Source: a virus
Lineage: Duplodnaviria > Caudoviricetes
Virus record (IMG/VR): IMGVR_UViG_3300005466_000029
Span: 1,628 to 65,627 of that record
Strand: one strand, 5' to 3'
Length of the DNA stretch: 64,000 nucleotides
Numbering within the stretch: the stretch's first letter is position 1; every line of letters starts with the position of its first letter. Below, piece by piece: positions 53,063-63,118 of this stretch. The position numbers were made by a program, and so were the translations under genes. Below the pieces are notes generated by a model that saw only the letters and a list, made by a program, of their open reading frames with translations, did no database searches and had not been told where the DNA came from.

Positions 53063-56000
53063 CAGGCGTACTCCTTGTCGAGGTTGCGCAGCGAATCCTT
53101 CAGGTTCACCAGCGTCTTGCGGTAAGCCGTGGGGTTCGTCGGGTCCAGGTTTCCGGCCACATTCAGACTGACGCTCTCAATCTGCACAATAACCGTTTTC
53201 CCGCCCCCTCCGCCTGCGACCGCAGCTGTCGATCCTGGGCCCGCAGTGGCGGTCAGGGGCACGGTGGCTCCGAGGGTCTTGGGTATACCGCTCACGTCTC
53301 CCGTGAGGGCCAGGTTCGCCGCCATGGTGGCACTTGCGCCCGTGAGCTCTTCGCTGACCGCCTGCGCCATGGTGCTGGCCGCCTGCACCACCTTGCCGGT
53401 CATGCTGGCGATACCGTTGGCGAGGCCCTGGCCGATCATCTGGCCGCCCCACTGCGTGAGCTTTGACGGAGAGCTAATGCTGAAGAAGTCCGTTACCGCA
53501 TTCCAGGCATCAGAGGCAATTTCAGTGATCTTATCCCAGATCCAGTGCGCTGCATTTTCCAGGCCGTGCACGATGCCCATGATGATGTCCTTACCAACCT
53601 GAAGCATCTTGCCGGGCAGGCTGGTCAGGAAGTTGAGAATGTTGCCGGGCAAGGATCGGAAGAACGAAAGGACATTCTCAACCGCGCTTCCTACCGCGTC
53701 TCCAATGGCGCGGCCAGCGTCAATGAACTTCTGCTGAATCCAATTCCAGGCGTCCTTCACTGCTTGCAGAGCAGCGCTCATCATTCCGCCGATGAATGCG
53801 CCCATCTTCGTGAACCATTCGACCACTGCGGTGAATGCGTTGATCACCGGCTGCACGATGGACTCGTAGATCCACTGCCAGATAGCCTTGGCTGTGTCTG
53901 CGATCCACTGCCACACTCCAGCGAGGAACTCCTTGATGGCATCCCAGTTCTGGTAGATCAGCAGAGCCAGCGCCACCACGGCCGCAGCGATGAGCAGGAA
54001 GGGGTTCATGTCCATCACGACGTTGAGCGCAGCCCAGACCACTCGCGCAGCCGCGATAGCTTTGTTGGCTGCGTACAAGCCTGCGACGACCGGGCCTAGT
54101 GACGGTCCGAGGAATCCCAGCACATCAGCGAACAACTGGAGAACCGGCTGGATGGCTTGCAGAGCCCCGGCGAGGTAGACACCCACCGCATCGGCGAAGG
54201 CCACAATGAACGGTTCGAGGCGCACCAGCAGATCCGCGGCCACCTCGAGGAAGCTCATGAACACCTTGCCGTACGCGCCACCGATGCTCGCCAGGATGCG
54301 GCCGAGTGCGTGCAGCGCGTCTTGCCCTTCCGCGCTCTTCAGGAATTCCGCAACCGCACCGGTGAGCGCGGTGAGGGTGTTGAGCGCGCCCCCGCCCTCC
54401 ATGTCGAAGGCACTGAACACCGTGCCGACGATGCTGGCGAGGTTCTTCAGCAGCTGCCACAACGTTGAAGCTGTGTCGATGGCGGACTGCATCCACTCCC
54501 GCAGTCGGCCGGACTCCTTGGCAGCACTGACAAAGTCTCGGAACCGCGCGGCGGCGTCGGCTGCGCCAGTGGCCAGGCCGGGGAGGAAGTCACTGCCCAC
54601 ACTGGCGATGTCTAGGAAGGCTGCGATCAGGTCGCGCGCTACGTTGCGCAGGTTACCGACAGCCACCGCAGTGTTGTCGAAGATGTGCGCTACGTTCTGC
54701 TGCGCCTCCGCGGTGTGCAGGTAGTCTACGACCGAATGGACTATACCATTCATGCCGGTCGCTACCTTGCCCATGCCGGCTTCCAGGAGGGGGAACCACT
54801 CCCGAGCCAGCGGCTTGACCTCCGCGGCCAATCCCTCGAATAGCTTGTCCTGCACGGAACGGCGAACGTTGTCCCAGGCGTCACGAATGCCGTTGACCTC
54901 GTTGACGAATGCCCGAGCGTTGGGGCTGAGGTTCGCTAGCGCGTCATTGAGCTTGGCTCCCGCGGCTGCACCGGATTCAGCTGCGTCCGCGTAGGCGTCA
55001 GAGACCGCCTGCTGCGCGTCTATGATGGCCTGGGTGGCATCCGCCACTGCTCTCGCGGAGTCTACCTGTGTCTGCCGAACGTTGTCCTGCGCATCCGCAA
55101 GAGCTTGTTGCGCCGCAACGACTTGTTCGATGGAGCTGCGTACTGCGTCCTGAGCACTAACTACCTGGCTGGACCCCTCCACTCCGGCTGCTGCCGCAGC
55201 CTCCTGATCGACGGTTAGGCGGGACTGCTCTTTCCGCTGTTGTTCGAGGGCGAACGTAGCCTTGTCAACGTTCAGAGTGGCCTTTGCGATGTCGCTCGCG
55301 TTGGCGGTCGGATCTGCTTTCGTCTTGGCGAGCTCGGCCTGTGCGTCCTGGAGATCCAGAACTGCCTGGCGCTCATCCAGCGCCCCACCGACCAGCGCGT
55401 CTCGCATGTCCTCGAGGTCGCGGGTGGCCTGCTGGCGAGCCTTGTTGAGCTCCCCCTGTGCGCGCACCGCGTCCCGCTGCGCGTTGACGATGTCCTTCTG
55501 TGCGTCAACGACCTGCCGGGCCGCCTGAACAGCAGCTCGGGTGGCGTCTTCCTGAACCCGGCGCAGGTTCTCCTCTGCGTCGGTGAGACTGCGCTTGGCT
55601 TGCTCGATGCTGCGGGCCGCAGCTCGTATCGAGTTGGCGCTCGAAGCGGCCCCACCACCGGCCGCCTTAGCTTGCGCGTTGGCAGCTTTGAACGCGTCAC
55701 CCACGCCACTTAGCCCAGTAACCACGGTCCCGGCCACAGCGCCCAAGCTGGCCAGGCCCCCGGCGGCAACACCAGCCAGCCCAGCAAGGCTAGCCAGCGC
55801 CACGCCCAGACCGGCGATGTGCGGCGTGGCAATCGCCACACCAGCGATCATGAACTTCAACCGGCCGCTGAAGGTGTTGATCCCCTTGACCGCCTGGCTG
55901 GAGTTGGAGTTGATCGAGCGGAGCTGGCTCAGTAGGTGGTCCAGGCGCCCAGCGTCGCCGGGGTCAACCGCACTGCGTGGCTTCGGAATGCGGTTGAGCC

Positions 56001-56472
56001 GCTCGCGGGCTGCACCGAGCGCCCGGGTGGAGTTCTCCAGCTTCTCCGTACTGTTCACAGTGGACTGCTGGGCAGAGCGAACTGACTGCTCCAGCCGAGA
56101 GATCTCGCTCGTGCTTGCCCCGCTCCGCTCACGCGCTTCGCGCAGCCGCGACTCCGCGGCTGCCAGCTTGTCCCGGGCAGTCACCGCCGCAGTGCTGGCC
56201 TCGCTGACATCCCGCTCGAGGCTCTTAACCGCTGCGGCCAACTGCTGGTACGGCAGCTCGTCTACATTGAACGAACTGGCCGCCTTGCGGGCAGAGGCTC
56301 CCAGCTCCTCGAAGTTGCGGTCCGAGGAGCTGGTGGCCTTGTCAATCTTGGTGCTGCTGATCGTCGCTTCGTCCCCGATGTCACGGACGTCTTTCTTGGC
56401 CTCGGTGGCACCCGACTTCTCGTAATCAATCTTGATCTTTCCGTGAGCGGTGCCAAGATTGTAGTCGGCCAT
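53062..56472 (-). CDS. tape measure protein
   Basis: 1136 aa, Ala-rich coiled coils, Trp-periodic repeats, follows the tail chaperones. Confidence 0.92.
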   Translation of the reverse strand: MADYNLGTAHGKIKIDYEKSGATEAKKDVRDIGDEATISSTKIDKATSSSDRNFEELGASARKAASSFNVDELPYQQLAAAVKSLERDVSEASTAAVTARDKLAAAESRLREARERSGASTSEISRLEQSVRSAQQSTVNSTEKLENSTRALGAARERLNRIPKPRSAVDPGDAGRLDHLLSQLRSINSNSSQAVKGINTFSGRLKFMIAGVAIATPHIAGLGVALASLAGLAGVAAGGLASLGAVAGTVVTGLSGVGDAFKAANAQAKAAGGGAASSANSIRAAARSIEQAKRSLTDAEENLRRVQEDATRAAVQAARQVVDAQKDIVNAQRDAVRAQGELNKARQQATRDLEDMRDALVGGALDERQAVLDLQDAQAELAKTKADPTANASDIAKATLNVDKATFALEQQRKEQSRLTVDQEAAAAAGVEGSSQVVSAQDAVRSSIEQVVAAQQALADAQDNVRQTQVDSARAVADATQAIIDAQQAVSDAYADAAESGAAAGAKLNDALANLSPNARAFVNEVNGIRDAWDNVRRSVQDKLFEGLAAEVKPLAREWFPLLEAGMGKVATGMNGIVHSVVDYLHTAEAQQNVAHIFDNTAVAVGNLRNVARDLIAAFLDIASVGSDFLPGLATGAADAAARFRDFVSAAKESGRLREWMQSAIDTASTLWQLLKNLASIVGTVFSAFDMEGGGALNTLTALTGAVAEFLKSAEGQDALHALGRILASIGGAYGKVFMSFLEVAADLLVRLEPFIVAFADAVGVYLAGALQAIQPVLQLFADVLGFLGPSLGPVVAGLYAANKAIAAARVVWAALNVVMDMNPFLLIAAAVVALALLIYQNWDAIKEFLAGVWQWIADTAKAIWQWIYESIVQPVINAFTAVVEWFTKMGAFIGGMMSAALQAVKDAWNWIQQKFIDAGRAIGDAVGSAVENVLSFFRSLPGNILNFLTSLPGKMLQVGKDIIMGIVHGLENAAHWIWDKITEIASDAWNAVTDFFSISSPSKLTQWGGQMIGQGLANGIASMTGKVVQAASTMAQAVSEELTGASATMAANLALTGDVSGIPKTLGATVPLTATAGPGSTAAVAGGGGGKTVIVQIESVSLNVAGNLDPTNPTAYRKTLVNLKDSLRNLDKEYA

Positions 56473-56476
56473 GCCC

Positions 56477-56779
56477 CTATCCCTTCATCGGGTCCCTGAA
56501 CTTGCGCTCGATCTTCTCGTTGAACCAACGCTCGAATACTTCGCGGCGAATGCGATCCTTCTGCATTTGCGTGAGCGGCTTCTTGGATTTCCGGTCCGGG
56601 GGATGAAGAGCCTTCTCCAGATCGTCTTCGATGCCCTGCCCGAGGAACATAACGCCACGATCCAGATAGTAGCTAGCTAGCGGATCCGCTTCCCTTAGCC
56701 CGAGAACGTCGCTGGGCAGGCTTCCGTACGCCTGGCTCAGATGCCACAGCTGCCACAAGTTCCTCGGATCGTTCGCGAA
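56477..56779 (-). CDS. tail assembly chaperone, frameshifted C-terminal (gpT-like) portion
   Basis: open +1 frame ...FANDPRNLWQLWHLSQAYGSLPSDVLG... overlapping the upstream chaperone; no convincing own RBS. Confidence 0.7.
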   Translation of the reverse strand, partial: FANDPRNLWQLWHLSQAYGSLPSDVLGLREADPLASYYLDRGVMFLGQGIEDDLEKALHPPDRKSKKPLTQMQKDRIRREVFERWFNEKIERKFRDPMKG

Positions 56780-57272
56780 ATCGTTCGGCGACGTTCACCC
56801 CCTCCATCACCTTGGAGAAGATGGCCATCTTGTCCTGGAAGTCGACCGTGTCGGTGTAGATCTCGCCGTCCTGGCGGTCCTCATCCTTGGCGGGCGGCAG
56901 CGTCAGCTTCGGCGCCACTACCGCGAAGAGCATGACGCTCTCCATGACCTCCTGGAAGTCCTTGAGCTTCTTGGGGTCATTGATGAGCTCCGCGGCAGCC
57001 ATCTCCTTGGCCGCAGCGAGCTCACTGGCGTCGCCCTTCTCCCGCGCGGCACGCTGCGCCTTGATTCGGTCGACGTTGCTCATCTTCGCGTTCGCGACGT
57101 GCTTGTTCATGACCACGCTGGTCACGAAGTCCAGCTTGTCCAGCAACTCGGCCGCGAGGAGGTCGAACGGATCGATCTTGCGAAGCAGACACTTCTGCCC
57201 GCTGGGGCAGGTGAAGTCGTACTCCTTCGGCTTGCCCCACGCGGTGGCCTGGTAGTCGTTCTGGGAAGGCAT
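56673..57272 (-). CDS. tail assembly chaperone (gpG-like)
   Basis: lies between major tail and tape measure genes. Confidence 0.78.
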   Translation of the reverse strand: MPSQNDYQATAWGKPKEYDFTCPSGQKCLLRKIDPFDLLAAELLDKLDFVTSVVMNKHVANAKMSNVDRIKAQRAAREKGDASELAAAKEMAAAELINDPKKLKDFQEVMESVMLFAVVAPKLTLPPAKDEDRQDGEIYTDTVDFQDKMAIFSKVMEGVNVAERFRERSEELVAAVASEPGVRKPAQRRSRAKGSGSAS

Positions 57273-57306
57273 CTTCGTGCTCCTAGTTTCCCGTTGCGGT
57301 TGTGGG

Positions 57307-58173
57307 TTAGGCGGTGGTCTTGCTGACCGGTGCGGTCCACGAGCTCAGGCCGTTGCTGGCCGAACCCGCGCGAACGCGGAACTGGTAGGCCGTGGCGGTC
57401 ACCAGGCCGGTCACGGTCGCACCGGTTGTGGTGCGGCTCGTGAGGTTGACGTCGTTGACCGTGGCCCAGTCGCCGAAGGCCGTGCGCACCTGAACCTCGT
57501 AGCCGTTGGCCAGCGGCGAACCGTTGGCGGCGGCCGTCCAGGTGAGCGGAACCGTGGTGCTGGTGGCCGTACCCGCGGCCAGGCTGGTCGGGGGCGCCTG
57601 CAACGTCGGCAGGGGGTCGCCCGCCTGGTTGATGGGCGTGGCGGTCTCGTTGTACACCAACGTGTACAGGAGATCGTTCGCGTCGTCCAGCAGCGGGAGC
57701 CCCTGGCCGGACGCGTTGGTGATGAAGAACTCACCGTCGGCGAACTCGCCCTCGATGGACTCGTTGCAGCGGCAGCGGTAGATGATGGCGTGCACGTCAC
57801 CACCGCTGTCGGACATGATCTGCCCCTCGATCTTGAAGTAGCCCCGGCTGTCGCTGGACCGCTTGTCCAGCCGCCACGAGCGGTTCGGCGCGATGCCCGA
57901 CTGCGTCACTTCTCCGCCGGTCATCACCTCCCATACCCGCATCTTGTAGCCGCCAGCCTCGAGCTCCCATTCGACCGTGGCGCCGGAACCGCGAATGGCG
58001 ACCACCCGGTCGTCACCGCGCAGCTCCTGGAACTCCTCCTCCTCGGAGAAGCTCAGGGTCTGCATGTTCGGCAGGTCGATGACCTCGGTGCTGAGCGTCG
58101 TGCCGCCCGCGTCGCTGTACGGCGTGATCTTCAGATCCCGCATGCCGTACGGCAGTGCTGTTGGTGCTGTCAC
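57307..58173 (-). CDS. major tail protein with C-terminal fibronectin type III domain
   Basis: LPYGMRDLK...ELRGDD tube domain; VPLTW...GYEVQ...VTGL...YQFRVRA Fn3. Confidence 0.88.
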   Translation of the reverse strand: MTAPTALPYGMRDLKITPYSDAGGTTLSTEVIDLPNMQTLSFSEEEEFQELRGDDRVVAIRGSGATVEWELEAGGYKMRVWEVMTGGEVTQSGIAPNRSWRLDKRSSDSRGYFKIEGQIMSDSGGDVHAIIYRCRCNESIEGEFADGEFFITNASGQGLPLLDDANDLLYTLVYNETATPINQAGDPLPTLQAPPTSLAAGTATSTTVPLTWTAAANGSPLANGYEVQVRTAFGDWATVNDVNLTSRTTTGATVTGLVTATAYQFRVRAGSASNGLSSWTAPVSKTTA

Positions 58174-58373
58174 GATCCCTCCCTTTTCAGTTCGATGTCT
58201 CTGTATTCTTTTGTGTCGAGCAGTTTTCCGGTGTCGACATCAAACCAATGCACGACGACAACACCGCTCCGCTTGCCGCAATAGCGACTGTGGCACCGAT
58301 ACTCCATCACGCCCGGCCGGACCATGACTCCATGAACCCGGCTAGCGCAACGGAACTCGTATGCCTCATGCAT
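58170..58373 (-). CDS. small zinc-ribbon protein
   Basis: FRC...HG...YRCHSRYC; TGATG coupling. Confidence 0.6.
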   Translation of the reverse strand: MHEAYEFRCASRVHGVMVRPGVMEYRCHSRYCGKRSGVVVVHWFDVDTGKLLDTKEYRDIELKREGS

Positions 58374-58822
58374 CACGGCACCCGGAAGTCCGGGTCCTGG
58401 CGTAGCACGTTCAGCGCCTGCGCGGTGAACGCGTCCTTCGGGACGCGACGGTTGTTGGCGCGGTTCCACGTGACCCCCGGCTGATCCTGGACCCCGGCGG
58501 CCCGCCACTCGTCCACGGTGATCTCACGCTTGCTGAACTCACCGTGGAAGCCAACGAAGTTCTTGTCGAGGTCCGCCTCCTCCTCGGCGAGCTCCTTGTC
58601 CGCTTCCGTCGACTTCAGCTCCTCCTCCTGCCCCTTGTCCAGCGGCTCCGGCGGGGTGCCGTCGTTGACGCCTGGCTGCACCTGCTCGCCACCCGCACGA
58701 ACGCCCGGCTGGTCCAGCATCTCCGCGCCCTGCTGGCTGCCCGGCACGACACCGGAACCGGTGGGCTGCGCGTCAGGCGCGGGAGGGGGGTTCTTCTTTC
58801 CGACCATTGCCATTCCTTTCAC
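58373..58822 (-). CDS. hypothetical virion-region protein
   Basis: 149-aa ORF. Confidence 0.65.
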   Translation of the reverse strand: MKGMAMVGKKNPPPAPDAQPTGSGVVPGSQQGAEMLDQPGVRAGGEQVQPGVNDGTPPEPLDKGQEEELKSTEADKELAEEEADLDKNFVGFHGEFSKREITVDEWRAAGVQDQPGVTWNRANNRRVPKDAFTAQALNVLRQDPDFRVP

Positions 58823-59241
58823 GGCGTGACCATGCTGTGTGCGGCCACTCGAAATGTGGAGTTCTTCGTGATGGTGTTGTACGCCTCGTCAACTAGGTCG
58901 CCGCTGGTGTCCACGTAGCTACCAGCGGTCAGTACCCAGCCGTCATCTCCGGGGTATTGTTCCGCGTTGACCACCAGGGTCTTGATGCGATCAAGCGCGT
59001 TGTCGATGCTGGCGTAGTCCGTGGTCACCTTGCGGGGCAGGTGAACCCAGAAGCTGACGATGTCCACTCCGAACGTGGTGAAGGCTTTCTCCGATAGCTC
59101 ATGTCTGATCACAATGAACGGTTCATCTGTGTCAGGGCTGTCTGCGGAGTTAGCCGCGTAGATGCGATCCGCGATGAACCCGAGCCCCAACATCTCGGAG
59201 TCGGTGTAGAGAAGCCGACGCAACGCGCCTCGTGCGGTCAT
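58819..59241 (-). CDS. tail terminator
   Basis: size, position and PFIVI strand. Confidence 0.6.
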   Translation of the reverse strand: MTARGALRRLLYTDSEMLGLGFIADRIYAANSADSPDTDEPFIVIRHELSEKAFTTFGVDIVSFWVHLPRKVTTDYASIDNALDRIKTLVVNAEQYPGDDGWVLTAGSYVDTSGDLVDEAYNTITKNSTFRVAAHSMVTP

Positions 59242-59606
59242 CGCCCCTTCTCCATCCTGGCAAACAACTTGCCGAGCAGGTCCATCGTTTCCTTGTTGGC
59301 CTTCAGGAAGGCGGGCCGCACGATGGCGAACCGACCACTCTGCATGACCTCCAGCCAGATGCCGTAGCTGACGCTGTGGGCCAGCACCAGCAGCCAGCTA
59401 TCCTCGGAGAGCTTGTCCACCGTGGCGTGCAGGCCGTTGCGCGCGTTGCCCGTGCGGTCGGTCCAGCTGGCGTTCGTGCGCATCCACGTCTCGCTGCGAG
59501 CTGCCTGATACCGCAACGTTCGATCAATGGCGTTGCGGGCCCGCCTGTCGAAGTTCCTCAGGTTGTAGTTCATCTCGTCCAGCTCGATGGTGAATGCCTT
59601 AGCCAT
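59238..59606 (-). CDS. HK97 gp10-like neck protein
   Basis: WTDRTGNARNGL...YGIWLE...IVRP. Confidence 0.8.
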   Translation of the reverse strand: MAKAFTIELDEMNYNLRNFDRRARNAIDRTLRYQAARSETWMRTNASWTDRTGNARNGLHATVDKLSEDSWLLVLAHSVSYGIWLEVMQSGRFAIVRPAFLKANKETMDLLGKLFARMEKGR

Positions 59607-60030
59607 GGCTAGGCCTCCGACCGTAGCTCATCACGAGCCCCTTCCGCTCGTAGCCGTTGTACGGCACCAGCGAATCAATGACCCACTTCTGCCCCAGGTC
59701 ATCCTCCCACAGATCGTTTTCCGCCATGAGCGAATTCCACTCGCCGAGCAGCGTGAAGTCGTACTTGCGCTGCACTCCGCCGCCAGTCCCCGAGGTAACT
59801 GGCCTTTCGGAATAGCTGAAGGGGATCAGCCGGAAGGTCTGCACTTCCCGCGGCGCCCCCGGCTGGCGCGTAGTTGCTCCCGAAGGCGTGCGCGCGTCCG
59901 TGTGCGGCGTAAGGATGATCTGCGTTGGCGCACTCATGATGAAGTAGTGCGTGAGCCTGCGGTTCTGCCGAATCGACTCGGTGATGTCAATGAGAGTCTC
60001 ATCGGCCGGGGGCGGTACGACAATGGCCAT
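59599..60030 (-). CDS. head-to-tail stopper
   Basis: MAIVVPP..., position in the neck cluster. Confidence 0.6.
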   Translation of the reverse strand: MAIVVPPPADETLIDITESIRQNRRLTHYFIMSAPTQIILTPHTDARTPSGATTRQPGAPREVQTFRLIPFSYSERPVTSGTGGGVQRKYDFTLLGEWNSLMAENDLWEDDLGQKWVIDSLVPYNGYERKGLVMSYGRRPSHG

Positions 60031-60032
60031 GA

Positions 60033-61691
60033 TTATCCCCTCACCATGAATCGACGGCATTTGTGCACAGTTGTGCTTTGCGCATTCAACTTTACACCAG
60101 CCATCTTCCCGGACAGGAAAGTTGACATATCTCCGGAGCTCAGTTGATGGCTGTAGTAGCCCTGTCCGTAGTTGGCGCTGTTGGGCGTGATGTACCCATC
60201 GTTCACATAGCACCAAATGCCGTTGCCTCGAGCCACCACTTTGTACCGGTGGTAGGCTCCGAAGTTCATCGCGCCATCCACGACGAACAGCACCGTGCTC
60301 ACACCACCGACCACTTTGTACAGTCGCCACTTCGTGCCCTGCGTCTCCGGTCCGAAGTGCAGGTAGTTGTTCGCATCGATCATTCTGAACACAACAGAGA
60401 AGCCCGCTTCGGGACCGGAGGTGTACAGGTCCGCTTCCACGGTCATGTCGTTGGTGCCGAAGTACACCCGCGGGAAGTCTGGGGTGTTGTCGTTGCTGGC
60501 GCTCAACAGCTCGCCGTCAGTGACGACCACGGCCCCCGCCTGTACCACCCACGGCGCAGCCAACGCGCCGTTGATCTGACGGAAGGTGGTGACGAACGTG
60601 GAGTCCATCTCATCGACGATGGAGAGCTGGTCGTCCAGGAAGGCGTCGCCCAGCGGGGAAGTGCCTGCCCCCTCGTTCATCCAGCCGATCTGGATCTGCG
60701 AAGAGCTCGAGCTGTACTCGACGCCCAGCGCGCAGATCGTACCGCCCACAATGGGCAGTGGGTGCGCGTACGTCATGCCCAGAGTTCCGCTCGCCTGCGG
60801 CATCCCTACGGGCATCGGCGCGGCCCATGCGGTGCTACCCGCACCGCCCTTGCGGTACCGCATGAAGGCTTGCTTGTTCGTGAGATCCCGGGCCGTCACG
60901 ATCATGCTGTTGCTGGGGAGCCAGGCTGCGGCGGGGCGGCCGGTGGCGTTGCCGAAGATCTGCACTGGCGAAGACCACGTCGCGCCGCTGTCGGTAGAAG
61001 TGCTCAGGCCAATAGCCGAAGCCGTGCCATAGCGGTAGAAGCAGTAGAGAGTAGTGCCTCCCGCGGAGATGATCCACGGCTCCTGGTAGTCGCGCCCGGC
61101 TGTCTGGCCGTCGGCCATGAGCGTGCGGGTCCAGCTGACCCCAGCGTTCGTGGACTTGGCGCTCCAGCAGGAGTCCCAGGTCTGGCTTGCGTCCTTCCCG
61201 TAATAACTGGTGATCAGGTCGCCGTTCGGCAGGCGGATCACCGGGCCGCTGATGGCTGCGTAGGGCTGGGAGGGGTCGATCCTTCGCTCCGTGCCCCACG
61301 TCGCCCCGTTGTCGGAGGACGGCCGGTAGAAGGCGCCAGCCGCGGAGAGCCCGCTCGTCGCCTTGAAGTAGGTGATGTGCGTGACGCCGTTGCTGACACT
61401 GATGACCGGGTCCCGCAGGTCGGTGCCGGCCGCACCCGTGAGCGCAGTGCTGGCCGCAGCCCAGGTGCGCCCGTTGTCCGTGCTGGTGCTGGTCTTGATG
61501 ACGCCGTCCGTACCTGTGTGCGCAACGCCCTCCCGCCACATGAGACGCAGCGACCTGTCCGTGAACTGCGCGATGGAGGGGAAAGCGGCATAGCCAGCGT
61601 CCACACCGATCGGCCGGAACCCCGCAGCGCGCACGGCGCCCGGGATACCGTCTGGTGCCAGGAAAGGCGTGGAGAGGGGCTGTCGCCGCAT
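60033..61691 (-). CDS. sialidase-like BNR beta-propeller with C-terminal lectin-like beta-sandwich
   Basis: Asp-boxes STDNGRTW, SSDNGATW, STNAGVSW, STDSGATW; YAAFP start; YQEP. Confidence 0.8.
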   Translation of the reverse strand: MRRQPLSTPFLAPDGIPGAVRAAGFRPIGVDAGYAAFPSIAQFTDRSLRLMWREGVAHTGTDGVIKTSTSTDNGRTWAAASTALTGAAGTDLRDPVISVSNGVTHITYFKATSGLSAAGAFYRPSSDNGATWGTERRIDPSQPYAAISGPVIRLPNGDLITSYYGKDASQTWDSCWSAKSTNAGVSWTRTLMADGQTAGRDYQEPWIISAGGTTLYCFYRYGTASAIGLSTSTDSGATWSSPVQIFGNATGRPAAAWLPSNSMIVTARDLTNKQAFMRYRKGGAGSTAWAAPMPVGMPQASGTLGMTYAHPLPIVGGTICALGVEYSSSSSQIQIGWMNEGAGTSPLGDAFLDDQLSIVDEMDSTFVTTFRQINGALAAPWVVQAGAVVVTDGELLSASNDNTPDFPRVYFGTNDMTVEADLYTSGPEAGFSVVFRMIDANNYLHFGPETQGTKWRLYKVVGGVSTVLFVVDGAMNFGAYHRYKVVARGNGIWCYVNDGYITPNSANYGQGYYSHQLSSGDMSTFLSGKMAGVKLNAQSTTVHKCRRFMVRG

Positions 61692-61692
61692 G

Positions 61693-62610
61693 TCACACCA
61701 CCTTGCTGACCACGATGGTGAACTCCGCGGCGGAGATCGCGATGTCCGGACGCACGTTGATCTGATTCGTGGTGTCGCGGGTGATGTAGACGTCCACCTC
61801 GTCGTACGGGCTGGCCGTGCGGTACACCTGTGCGATGACCGCCTTGCTACCCAGGTTGTGGTTCACAGCCCAGGCGCCACCGCCGCTCGTGGCGGGGCAT
61901 GTCTCCGTGTAGCCCGTGTCGTTGTCACTGGCGGCTGCCGGGTTGAGGAAGACGAACGTACCGGTCGTAGTACCGAGGGTGAACGTGTCGTTGCTGAGGA
62001 TGGCGAGCTGGTCGTTGTAGGTGCCTTGCTGCACAACCCACATCGACCCCGGCACAGCCTCACCGGCTACGTCGAAGTTGGTCGGGCGCGTCATCGCCGC
62101 CCCGGCAGAAGCCCAGACGTACGGACCGTTCTGGCTGCCGGTCGTCTGCGCGGTCAACAGGAACACGTCGCCAGCCGTGGGCGTCACACCGTCTATGGTG
62201 GACGGGGCGGAGGCCACGTTGATGTTGGTGTTGGCCACGGCACGCACCGCGCCCTTGAACACCAGTCCCGCAGCCTGTGCGCCGAGCTGGGCCAAGACCC
62301 AGCCCTGGGTGGCCGCGTGTTGCGCACTGGACGGGTCAGCCACGTTGGTGAGCTGCTGGCTGCCCATGCTGACGGCCGCAGTGGGCGCGGCCATCTGGTC
62401 CAGGCGGTTCAACCGCACCGCCGTGTTGAAGTCGGAGATCGTGGCGGCCAGCTGCGTACCCGTGTGGTTGGCGCGGCTGACAGCGTTCGCCCGGGCGGTC
62501 TCCACGTCCGCCGTGCTGGCCGCATCGGTGGTGTTGGTCGTGCCGGCGCCCAGGTTCGTGATCTTCTGGCCGTTCATGTCCTTCTGCGAGAGGGACTTCG
62601 TTGCCGCCAT
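61693..62610 (-). CDS. virion fibre or head decoration protein
   Basis: MNGQKITNL / MGSQQLTNVADP fibre repeats, IDGVT...QT..SQNG, HNLG module. Confidence 0.72.
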   Translation of the reverse strand: MAATKSLSQKDMNGQKITNLGAGTTNTTDAASTADVETARANAVSRANHTGTQLAATISDFNTAVRLNRLDQMAAPTAAVSMGSQQLTNVADPSSAQHAATQGWVLAQLGAQAAGLVFKGAVRAVANTNINVASAPSTIDGVTPTAGDVFLLTAQTTGSQNGPYVWASAGAAMTRPTNFDVAGEAVPGSMWVVQQGTYNDQLAILSNDTFTLGTTTGTFVFLNPAAASDNDTGYTETCPATSGGGAWAVNHNLGSKAVIAQVYRTASPYDEVDVYITRDTTNQINVRPDIAISAAEFTIVVSKVV

Positions 62611-62623
62611 GCTGTTCTTCTCC

Positions 62624-63118
62624 CTACATCATCAAGGCGCGGCCGGCAGTCGGCACGTCCATGGAAATTAGTAGCTGATTGACGCTCATGTGCTGCACCG
62701 CAAACTCGTCAAACGCCTGGCTGTAATCCAGCGAGAAGAGACTGACTGCCGCGGGGCGAGCTCCCAGGTTGTGATTCACGGTCCACACAGCCTGCGCAAC
62801 TACCTGAACGTGTTCGTACCTTGCCGGTCCGGCGCCCCCACCATCAGTGCCCTCCCCGATCACTTTCGCGAGAAAACCTTGGCTGGCACCAACAATTCGA
62901 ACGTTGTAGAAGCCTGGCTCCGCATAGAACTGGAGGTTACCCAGAGAGTCCGTCGCAGTCGGGTTGGCCACCACGTCCGACCGCTGCGGATCGGTGTACA
63001 ACACGGCGAGCTCGTTCGTGATGGCGTCTCTGATCTCTACCGGCACGGAGCGGGCCGGATCCCCGTTGGTGGAATAGAGAAGTGCTTCTGGTCCCCAGTA
63101 GCCAGCAAGCTCAGCCAT
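62624..63118 (-). CDS. virion structural protein
   Basis: NPTATDSLGNLQFYAEPG and WTVNHNLG modules. Confidence 0.68.
   Translation of the reverse strand: MAELAGYWGPEALLYSTNGDPARSVPVEIRDAITNELAVLYTDPQRSDVVANPTATDSLGNLQFYAEPGFYNVRIVGASQGFLAKVIGEGTDGGGAGPARYEHVQVVAQAVWTVNHNLGARPAAVSLFSLDYSQAFDEFAVQHMSVNQLLISMDVPTAGRALMM

Noticed and set aside
56795-56806. GGAGGGGG as the chaperone slippery site
   Set aside because: The downstream ORF is in the +1 frame, which has a TGA immediately after this run
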